A DNA stretch of 32,000 bases from Candidatus Iainarchaeum sp. (GTDB lineage: Archaea > Iainarchaeota > Iainarchaeia > Iainarchaeales > 0-14-0-20-30-16), in assembly GCA_028710695.1 (NCBI GenBank), contig JAQTTP010000007.1, forward strand, positions 1 through 32,000, written 5' to 3'. The translations under genes and the position numbers were made by a program. Below the pieces are notes generated by a model. The model ran no database searches. It saw nothing but the letters and a program-made list of their open reading frames with translations, and was not told the DNA's origin. Below are positions 24,279-30,636 of this stretch, piece by piece. The stretch's first letter is position 1; the number at the start of each line of letters is the position of its first letter.

Positions 24279-25625
24279 ATGCTTGATATTAACTTATTTA
24301 GAGACGATAAAGAGTTCAAAAAGATCTTAGAAAGCGAGAAACGAAGGGCAAAACCCTTAGATTTCGCAAAGGATACAAAGAAGTTCGATGATCTTTGGAA
24401 AAAAGCAAAGCAAGAGAAAGAAGAACTGAGAGCAGAAAAGAACAAGGTTACCAAAGAGATAGCAACCGTAGCTCAAGACAAAAACACAAAAAACGAGCAT
24501 AAAACAAAGGAGATTACAAGATTAAAAGCTAAAAGCAAAGACTTAGATATTAAAATTAAAAATCTAGAAGAGCAAGAAACTAAAGCCCTACAAACAAGAG
24601 ATGAAAACCGTTACAAAGTAGGAAACATCCTTTACCCTTCTGTCCCAAATGGAAAAAGCGATGAAGAGAATGTTCCATTCAAATTCTATGGAAAAGCAAA
24701 AGTCCAGAAGCAGCATTTAGCAGATTTCAAAAAAGCAACTAATAACAAAATGGATTATGAATTATTGGACTTTGAGCCAAAAAGCCATGCAGATCTAGGT
24801 CCCGAAAGAGGACTATTCGATTTAGAAAGAGCTGCAAAAATCTCTGGTGCACGAGCTTATTACCTAAAAGGCAAACTAGCAATCTTACATCTATCTCTTT
24901 TGAGGTTTGCATTAGACAAGCTTGTTGATGCGGGCTACATGCCACTATATACTCCATTTTTAATAAACAAAGATGTTATGGAAAAAGCAGCAGAGCTAGC
25001 AGACTTCAAAGAAACCCTATACCAAACAACAGAAGGCCAATTCCTAATTGCAACAGCAGAGCAGACTTTGGCAGCATATCACCTGGACGAAGTTCTAGAT
25101 GAAAAAATTCTACCCCTAAAGTATGCTGGATACTCTTCCGCATTCCGAAGAGAGGCAGGAAGTGCTGGGAAAGATACAAGAGGGATCTTCAGAGTTCACC
25201 AATTTGATAAAGTTGAGCAATACGTTTTTTGTAAAGCAAAAGACAATGAGAAAATCCATGAGGAACTTCTAAAGAATGCAGAAAGCATTTACAAAGATCT
25301 AGAGCTTCCATACAGAGTTGTTAATATTTGCACAGGGGATATGAACGACACGGCAGCAAAGAAGTATGATATTGAACTGTGGATGCCAGTGCAAGGAAAG
25401 TTCAGAGAGATTGGTTCTTATTCCATAACAACAGATTATCAGACAAGAAAGTTGAATGTAAGATATGAAGAAAAAGGAGAAAGAATAGTTTGCCATTCTT
25501 TGAACGGCACAGCATTACCATCTCCAAGAAGCTTAGCAGCTTTCATCGAGAATCATCAAGACAAGAAAGGAATAATACATATACCAAAAGCATTACAGAA
25601 ATATACGGGGTTTAAAGAGATCTAG
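24279..25625 (+). CDS. serS: Seryl-tRNA synthetase
   Basis: The start is taken at the ATG giving MLDINLFR (the track begins at TTG 24267). N-terminal coiled coil. TAEQTLAAYH. Motif 2 FRREAGSAGKDTRGIFRVHQFDKVEQ. Motif 3 GTALPSPRSLAAFIENHQ. Confidence 0.95.
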   Translation: MLDINLFRDDKEFKKILESEKRRAKPLDFAKDTKKFDDLWKKAKQEKEELRAEKNKVTKEIATVAQDKNTKNEHKTKEITRLKAKSKDLDIKIKNLEEQETKALQTRDENRYKVGNILYPSVPNGKSDEENVPFKFYGKAKVQKQHLADFKKATNNKMDYELLDFEPKSHADLGPERGLFDLERAAKISGARAYYLKGKLAILHLSLLRFALDKLVDAGYMPLYTPFLINKDVMEKAAELADFKETLYQTTEGQFLIATAEQTLAAYHLDEVLDEKILPLKYAGYSSAFRREAGSAGKDTRGIFRVHQFDKVEQYVFCKAKDNEKIHEELLKNAESIYKDLELPYRVVNICTGDMNDTAAKKYDIELWMPVQGKFREIGSYSITTDYQTRKLNVRYEEKGERIVCHSLNGTALPSPRSLAAFIENHQDKKGIIHIPKALQKYTGFKEI

Positions 25626-25712
25626 CCTTTTACGAAAAGGCACAGTCTGCCAAAAGTACCTAAGGTACTAAGGGGCACAAGGCCCCTCGAAATCTCGGTT
25701 TCTAGCCTTTTT
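25621..25712 (-). repeat. Orphan composite hairpin element flanked by an 11-nt direct repeat (TCTAGCCTTTT at 25621-25631 and 25701-25711)
   Basis: Minus strand: AAAAGGCTAGA, then a small CGA-GATT-TCG hairpin, then GGGGC-CTTGT-GCCCC, then GTACC-TTA-GGTAC, then TTTTGGCAGACTGTGCCTTTT-CGT-AAAAGGCTAGA. The last block matches the segment upstream of tRNA-Pro (21-nt exact identity plus 10 nt). The CTTGT-loop hairpin echoes the modules at 1693-1723 and 29887-29918. Confidence 0.6.
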
Positions 25713-26462
25713 TTATTCTTTTTCCAAAGGCAGGGTTAAATTACTGTCCCAGATTGCCCTAAAATAATTTTTATAACTCTCTGCTAAATTCTTGTCAATT
25801 ATTCTAACTGCAAAAGGAAACTCTTTATACCAAAATACCAATACAACTCTATCCCCATAAATCCAGGTGGATGCCGGAGATTCATAACTTTCTGGCATGT
25901 ACTTAACTTGTGTATATTGCATTGCTGCAAATTCTTTTCCTCTTTTCATACTTTGTGGAGTGTTTATCATTATTATCTTCAGGGGGATTTTTGCTTGTTG
26001 CCGTTCTTTTTCAAATGAATGGGCTCTTGCACCACTTATTTCGGGGCCTTTTCCAGGAACATTATAACCAAACCATTCTTGCTTCTGCCTAACAACATCA
26101 TTATAAATAGTTTTTAATCCTTCCAAACCCTCCAAAATCTCCACAATTGGCTTGTTAAATCTTGGTTTATAGAGATTAATCAGTTCTGGCAAAATCTCCT
26201 CAAAAGCTTTTTCTTTTTCTTTTAAGTGGTCCAATATTTTATTTGGCTCTGCGGCACGATAATATCTTACATTATTTTTTATGATATAGGTAACAATTCC
26301 TTTTTCTTCCAAAGTTTCCAAAATAGAATATAGTAAACTTCTGTTTATTTTTGTCCTATTTGCTATTTCGGAAACTAATGCATCCCCCAAGTTAAGTAAG
26401 GCGGTGTAAACCTTTGCTTCTTTAGGGGTTAAGCCTATTTTTTCCAATTGTTCAAGATCCAT
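25713..26462 (-). CDS. TrmB-family transcriptional regulator
   Basis: 249 aa. The N-terminal winged helix LEKIGLTPKEAKVYTALLNLGDALVSEIANRTKINRSLLYSILETLEEKGIV is the classic TrmB signature. A TATA-like TTTAAAATAA lies about 24 nt upstream, suggesting a leaderless transcript. Confidence 0.85.
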   Translation of the reverse strand: MDLEQLEKIGLTPKEAKVYTALLNLGDALVSEIANRTKINRSLLYSILETLEEKGIVTYIIKNNVRYYRAAEPNKILDHLKEKEKAFEEILPELINLYKPRFNKPIVEILEGLEGLKTIYNDVVRQKQEWFGYNVPGKGPEISGARAHSFEKERQQAKIPLKIIMINTPQSMKRGKEFAAMQYTQVKYMPESYESPASTWIYGDRVVLVFWYKEFPFAVRIIDKNLAESYKNYFRAIWDSNLTLPLEKE

Positions 26463-26494
26463 ACCTATTACTAACTAAGAAATTATTTTAAAGA

Positions 26495-26515
26495 TGTTGT
26501 TATAAAAAAACAACA
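26495..26515. promoter_or_regulatory. 7-bp inverted repeat TGTTGTT-ATAAAAA-AACAACA enclosing a TATA-like loop in the trmB / binding-protein divergent spacer
   Basis: Read directly from the sequence. It lies about 55 nt upstream of the binding-protein ATG, which has a GAGGTGG SD. It is a candidate operator overlapping the promoter. Confidence 0.35.
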
Positions 26516-26569
26516 AGGGATTTTATTCTCCAAAAGCCAAAGAGATAATATAACCCACGAGGTGGTTTA

Positions 26570-27709
26570 ATGGATATATGGAAAATAATAACTATTTTCA
26601 TTGTTATAATTGCTATTTTTGCAGTAGTTTTAGATGTAAGTAATGTTGGATTTTTTTCATTAAATAATAGCCCAGAGACAATAAAAGTGGGCGTAATTCT
26701 ACCATTAACAGGAAGCAACTCTGCAGATGCAGGAATACCTATAAAAAAGGGATTAGATTTGGCTCTTGAGGAATTAGATAAAGGCAATACAGACTATAAA
26801 ATAGAATTGGTCTACGAAGATTCACAATATGACAGCAAGGTTGCTGTACAAGCAATACAAAAACTTCTTAATATAGATAAAATAAAATTTATTATCGGGG
26901 AAGCGGGCTCAAGCCAAACATTAGCAATCGCTCCAATTGCTGAGCAAAATAAAATTATTCTAATTTCAACAGCATCACAATCAGACAAAGTTTCAACAGC
27001 AGGAGATTATATTTTTAGAACACAATCAAATGTATCTCAAGAAGCAGAGTTCTTTGCGCCTTATTTGAAAGAACAATTAGGTAACAAAAGCCTTGCAATA
27101 ATTGGGATGAACACAGATTATGGAAAATCATATTCTGATGCTTTTACTAGAGTATTCACAAACTTAGGCGGAAATATCAAATTCTCAGAACTTTACGACA
27201 AAGACGAAAAAGATTTTAAAACAATTTTATCAAAAATAGATGCCGCCAGCGCAGATGCAATATTAATTGCTGGCTTAAGAGAACCAAACGGAATGATACT
27301 AAAGCAAGCCAAGGAATTGAATTTAATAAAACCATTTTATGCAACATCAGCAACACAAGGAAAAGAGTTTTTACAAATTGCTGGAGACTCTGCAGAAGGA
27401 TTAATTTATGCGTATCCTTTTGATGAAACTAGCAATATTATTTCTATGAAATCATATCAAGAAAAATTCTCAGAAAAATATGGCGAAAGCAGCGATATGC
27501 TTTCTGCAAATGCATATGATGCATTAATACTATTAAACACCTGCTTTAAAGAAGTCGGAACAGACCCAGACAATGTAAAGACTTGTTTATACAATACAAA
27601 AGATTACAAAGGCGCAAGCGGAATATTAACATTCGATGCAAACGGAGATGTAAAGAAAAACTTTGTCCTAAAAACAGTTAAAAATGGAAAGTTTGTAAAG
27701 CTTTCCTAA
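26570..27709 (+). CDS. Membrane-anchored solute-binding protein, LivJ/LivK (type I periplasmic-binding-protein) family
   Basis: 379 aa. N-terminal TM anchor, then IKVGVILPLTGSNSADAGIPIKKGLDLALEELDK. Also GEAGSSQTLAIAPIAEQNKIILIS and YGKSYSDAF. No permease or ATPase genes are nearby. Confidence 0.75.
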   Translation: MDIWKIITIFIVIIAIFAVVLDVSNVGFFSLNNSPETIKVGVILPLTGSNSADAGIPIKKGLDLALEELDKGNTDYKIELVYEDSQYDSKVAVQAIQKLLNIDKIKFIIGEAGSSQTLAIAPIAEQNKIILISTASQSDKVSTAGDYIFRTQSNVSQEAEFFAPYLKEQLGNKSLAIIGMNTDYGKSYSDAFTRVFTNLGGNIKFSELYDKDEKDFKTILSKIDAASADAILIAGLREPNGMILKQAKELNLIKPFYATSATQGKEFLQIAGDSAEGLIYAYPFDETSNIISMKSYQEKFSEKYGESSDMLSANAYDALILLNTCFKEVGTDPDNVKTCLYNTKDYKGASGILTFDANGDVKKNFVLKTVKNGKFVKLS

Positions 27710-28086
27710 TTTTTTAATTTAAAAAACATCTTAACAACCGGTGCAATCTCAAACTTATCTAAATCTTTCAAATCTATCCAATTAAAATCCGTATGTTCGT
27801 GGCTTAATTTAACTTTTCCAGAATAATTTTTTATTTTGAAAACAAAGAAGTGAATCTTTTCTCCTTTTTCAGTATAATCAAATTCAGAAAACTTATCTTC
27901 CGGAACTACAGCAAGATTTGTCTCTTCTTTTGCCTCTCTCACCACAGATTGATCTGATGTTTCCCCTAATTCCTGTTTACCACCCGGAAAATCCCAAAGC
28001 CCTGGAAAGAATTTTGCTTTTGCAGATCTCTTTACAAGAAGCACTTTATTACTATCAGATATTACTGCTTTGGCTACTGTAATCAT
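27706..28086 (-). CDS. NUDIX hydrolase (MutT-like)
   Basis: 126 aa. The Nudix box GGKQELGETSDQSVVREAKEETNL fits GX5EX7REUXEEXGU. A TATA-like TTTTTATATAA lies about 25 nt upstream, suggesting a leaderless transcript. The 3' end overlaps the convergent gene by 4 nt. Confidence 0.85.
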   Translation of the reverse strand: MITVAKAVISDSNKVLLVKRSAKAKFFPGLWDFPGGKQELGETSDQSVVREAKEETNLAVVPEDKFSEFDYTEKGEKIHFFVFKIKNYSGKVKLSHEHTDFNWIDLKDLDKFEIAPVVKMFFKLKN

Positions 28087-28161
28087 AAGATAACTAATAA
28101 AAGGAATTATATAAAAAGTTTTGGAAAATAAAAAAAGTAAAAAAAGATAAAAAGTTAAGAA

Positions 28162-28293
28162 CTAGTTAAGTTCTCCTCTTCTTCTTGCTCTTTCTCTCTT
28201 ATTTCTCTTCATTCTTTTCTTGTGCCATTTCCATCTACCATCGGCAGCCTTGGTTTTCTTAAATCTACTCGAATCTTTTCCTCTATGTCCCAT
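28162..28293 (-). CDS. 43-aa highly basic micro-protein, possible ribosomal protein eL41 homologue (not in the ORF track)
   Basis: Minus-strand ATG at 28293, preceded by AAAGGTGA with 5-nt spacing; stop TAG at 28162-28164. Translation: MGHRGKDSSRFKKTKAADGRWKWHKKRMKRNKRERARRRGELN. The core KWHKKRMKRNKRERAR resembles eukaryotic eL41 KWRKKRMRRLKRKRRK. Long oligo-T runs follow on the minus strand. Confidence 0.5.
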   Translation of the reverse strand: MGHRGKDSSRFKKTKAADGRWKWHKKRMKRNKRERARRRGELN

Positions 28294-28442
28294 TTATTCA
28301 CCTTTCACTTCCCAACTTCCTGAACATAACTCCTCAGGAATGGTACTTCCTACTTCAGCAGGGTTCTCCTAAAATCAGTAGTAATTAATATAATTATTAC
28401 ATACAGTATATTTTTAATAGTTTACCTTAAAATAGGGATAAA

Positions 28443-29051
28443 ATGGCTTTGACACTACGTAGATTTAACCTACATCTAAGAAATATATTGATTTTTGTAT
28501 ATTTACTTTTATTATACCTCCGTATAGATCGGGGTTATTATGAAATAGGGATTTGTTTTGCTGGGATCATCCTTTTATTCCTCCCAAATATATTAAAACG
28601 GTTTAAAGTCTATATGAGTGATAGTGTTATCTTATTATTCTTTACATTTCTCTTTTTGGGGGTTATTGGGGAAACTATTTCTGTACAGTTCTTTTGGTAT
28701 GACAAAATTTTACATTTGGGAAGCGGGTTTACGTATTTTACTGCGGGAATGGTTTTATTAATTATTAGATATGGAGAATCAAAAGTAAACTATAATTATG
28801 ATAGTGCCACATTGTACAGTTATTTATTTTGTATGTTCATTTTACTTGCTTGGGAAGTATTTGAGGCTATTTGTGACTTTACATTTAGCACAAACCTGCT
28901 TCAGGGCGGTTTAAATGATACATTTTGGGATATATTCTGCGATTTTTTGGGTGCTACCTTTTCCGCAATACTTTTCTTCTGGCACTTTAGAAAAAAACAA
29001 ATAAAGTTACTCTCATTTTTATCAGAAGATCTATTCAGAAAAAGGCTTTAA
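28443..29051 (+). CDS. Multi-pass membrane protein, function unknown
   Basis: 202 aa with about 5-6 hydrophobic helices. Conserved-looking polar residues (KILHLGSGF, WEVFEAICDF, NDTFWDIFCDFLGA) might indicate a DUF2238/YjdF-like family; this is a low-confidence recollection. Confidence 0.55.
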   Translation: MALTLRRFNLHLRNILIFVYLLLLYLRIDRGYYEIGICFAGIILLFLPNILKRFKVYMSDSVILLFFTFLFLGVIGETISVQFFWYDKILHLGSGFTYFTAGMVLLIIRYGESKVNYNYDSATLYSYLFCMFILLAWEVFEAICDFTFSTNLLQGGLNDTFWDIFCDFLGATFSAILFFWHFRKKQIKLLSFLSEDLFRKRL

Positions 29052-29063
29052 AGACGTGGCAAA

Positions 29064-29603
29064 ATGGATTATTTTTATATAGAGTTAATTAGCAGAATCT
29101 TGTTTTGTATTTTTTCGCTTTTGGCATTAAGCCTTTTGATCAAGATATTATTGCGAAAAGAAGATATTAGCAAACAGGTACAAGACAAACTAATTCCTTA
29201 CAGAACAATTTTCGAAGTAATTTATTTTGCACTGCAGGCATGGTATATAATCTCGCCCATCACTCGATTACAAGCACTATTGATTCCAACAATACCTGGC
29301 TGGCTAGTAGTAGTTGGCTTATGTTTTGCTTTTGTAGGTATTGCCTTGCGGGTTTGGGCACAGTTCAGTTTAGGAAATATGTGGTCTGAAAAAATCAGAC
29401 TTCTTAAAAACCACAAACTAATCAAAACTGGGCCATATCATTATCTAAATCACCCAATGTACTTATCATACATTTTCATAACCATTGGTTCATTTTTAGT
29501 AACTTCCGATTGGTTATTACTTGTGGCAGGATCAATCTATACCATATTATCAGTTCAGAAAATACCTAAAGAAGATTTACTATTAAAAACTCTAAAAAAA
29601 TAA
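29064..29603 (+). CDS. Isoprenylcysteine carboxyl methyltransferase (ICMT/PEMT) family membrane methyltransferase
   Basis: 179 aa, polytopic. HKLIKTGPYHYLNHPMYLSYIF matches the family signature (L-x-T-x-G-x-Y-x-x-x-R-H-P-x-Y). Confidence 0.75.
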   Translation: MDYFYIELISRILFCIFSLLALSLLIKILLRKEDISKQVQDKLIPYRTIFEVIYFALQAWYIISPITRLQALLIPTIPGWLVVVGLCFAFVGIALRVWAQFSLGNMWSEKIRLLKNHKLIKTGPYHYLNHPMYLSYIFITIGSFLVTSDWLLLVAGSIYTILSVQKIPKEDLLLKTLKK

Positions 29604-29630
29604 GGGCCTCTACGGCCCAGTTTTTCTTTT
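29604..29630 (+). terminator. Hairpin GGGCC-TCTAC-GGCCC followed by TTTTTCTTTT
   Basis: It starts immediately after the stop codon of the methyltransferase gene. A G+C-rich 5-bp stem is followed by a T-run. Confidence 0.5.
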
Positions 29631-29674
29631 GGCAAGATTACTTGTTTTCTTTCTTTTTGGCAAACTTAGGCTTA

Positions 29675-29699
29675 TTCTTTCTTTTTTGAAAAGAAAGAA
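29675..29699. repeat. Perfect 11-bp palindromic hairpin (TTCTTTCTTTT-TTG-AAAAGAAAGAA), 12 nt beyond the 3' end of tRNA-Glu
   Basis: Homologous in sequence, position and flanks (CTAT..CC on the tRNA side, AGCC-TAAG and TTTGYCAAAAAGAAAGAA on the far side, tRNA-sense strand) to the hairpin at 1531-1559. Confidence 0.7.
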
Positions 29700-29711
29700 A
29701 AAGGATAGTAG

Positions 29712-29783
29712 TGCCCCGACCGGGAATCGAACCCGGGTCGTCGGCTTGAAAGGCCAACGTGATAACCACTACACTACCGGGGC
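29712..29783 (-). tRNA. tRNA-Glu (anticodon UUC), no encoded CCA
   Basis: Hand fold. Acceptor GCCCCGG/TCGGGGC. D arm GTG..CAC. Anticodon stem TTGGC/GCCGA with loop CTTTCAA. T arm CCGGG-TTCGATT-CCCGG. Discriminator A. Confidence 0.9.
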
Positions 29784-29886
29784 GGGAACAAACTTTCCCC
29801 AAAAAGCTAATTTGCCTTATTGCAAATTACTTTAGGGGGCCAAGAAAATTTCCTTGTATGGAAATTTGTCTTTTCCCGTTAGAGTT

Positions 29887-29918
29887 GCACTACACAAGGT
29901 AGTGCGGTGCTAACGCAC
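29887..29918 (-). other. Conserved two-hairpin module, copy 2 (upstream of tRNA-Glu)
   Basis: Minus strand: GTGC-GTTA-GCAC, C, GCACTAC-CTTGT-GTAGTGC. Compare copy 1 at 1693-1723. Confidence 0.55.
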
Positions 29919-30009
29919 ACAACGAGAAAAATTTTGTTTTTCTGTTTTACGTAAAAAAACAGATTATGATTTTATTACTTGCAATATCTTTTAAAAGGTT
30001 ATAGTTGAT

Positions 30010-30582
30010 TTAACCCACTTTTTTCTTTATAAACTTCACAAGAGCACCATCTGCCACAAGCTTCTTATTGCCTTTCATAACACAAATGTTCTCTTTACTT
30101 ACTGCAGGAAGATCTCCGCCCCAGACACCCTTAAAGCCTTTAGATTTCAAAGATTTTGTGTAATTGTCTAAAATGTAAAAGAACTCACGCGGGTCTTTCG
30201 CTTCCTGCTTTTTGTCTATTTTACAAAAAGGGAACTCTTCCCCATAGAACTTATAATTAGGAAATAACCTGCAAATCAGAGGCCTTACATCATAAATTTT
30301 ACATTCTGAGTTCTCCAAAAAGACGCATTTAGAATCTGATTTCAAAGAAAAAGCCATAAAGCAGGATTTGCCATACTTTTCTGCTATTTTCTTATCATCA
30401 ACAGGAGACAGTTTAGCATTATTTTCAAGATCATAGAGCTCAATATAATAATTGGCATATTTATTCAAAAAATCCTTAACACTAATCCTTAAAAAAAAGG
30501 CAATTTCTTTTGCATTTTCGGGAAAAGTAAAAATTGTGTATTTCCTACAGCACAAATCACAGCCAGAACAAGGATTCTTCAT
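30010..30582 (-). CDS. YkgJ-family (UPF0153) cysteine-cluster zinc/iron-chelating protein
   Basis: CSGCDLCC near the N-terminus and CVFLENSECKIYDVRPLICRLFP are the family signatures. The track start is TTG at 30600. The ATG at 30582 (MKNPCSGC) sits 27 nt from a TATA-like dyad and is preferred. Confidence 0.8.
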   Translation of the reverse strand: MKNPCSGCDLCCRKYTIFTFPENAKEIAFFLRISVKDFLNKYANYYIELYDLENNAKLSPVDDKKIAEKYGKSCFMAFSLKSDSKCVFLENSECKIYDVRPLICRLFPNYKFYGEEFPFCKIDKKQEAKDPREFFYILDNYTKSLKSKGFKGVWGGDLPAVSKENICVMKGNKKLVADGALVKFIKKKVG

Positions 30583-30602
30583 AAATACTATTTCTGCCAA
30601 AG

Positions 30603-30614
30603 TATATTTAAAAA
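30603..30614. promoter_or_regulatory. Single symmetric TATA-like box (TATATTTAAAAA, TTTAAA dyad at 30609/30610) shared by divergent ykgJ-like and gltX genes
   Basis: The dyad centre is exactly midway between the two start codons (30582 on the minus strand, 30637 on the plus strand), 27.5 nt from each. Neither gene has an SD. Confidence 0.45.
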
Positions 30615-30636
30615 CTGATACATCACTCTTTTTAAT

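Noticed and set aside
25621-25712. Split-tRNA half gene or other tRNA fragment in the serS-trmB spacer
   Set aside because: There is no T-arm (GTTCRANYC-like) sequence and no 7-nt anticodon loop with U33. No acceptor-strand complement to any of the three tRNAs could be folded. The hairpin loops are 3-5 nt.
26500-26787. 95-aa minus-strand ORF
   Set aside because: It is antisense to the promoter region and the N-terminus of the well-supported binding-protein gene. It has no motifs.
1567-29783. Integrated mobile element using a tRNA gene as attachment site
   Set aside because: No duplicated tRNA 3' segment appears anywhere in the window. There is no integrase, transposase or other mobile-element gene. 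Genes flanking the tRNAs are ordinary housekeeping genes.
29629-29835. 68-aa plus-strand ORF
   Set aside because: It runs antisense straight through tRNA-Glu and its trailer hairpin. It is an artefact of the G+C-rich tRNA interrupting stop-rich A/T sequence.
29784-30009. Known small RNA (RNase P RNA, SRP RNA, C/D or H/ACA sRNA) in the spacer upstream of tRNA-Glu
   Set aside because: I could find no GGAAAGUCC-type P4 sequence, no RUGAUGA/CUGA box pairs, and no ACA tail in a suitable position. The region is too short and A/T-rich for SRP or RNase P RNA. It is left as unexplained hairpins.
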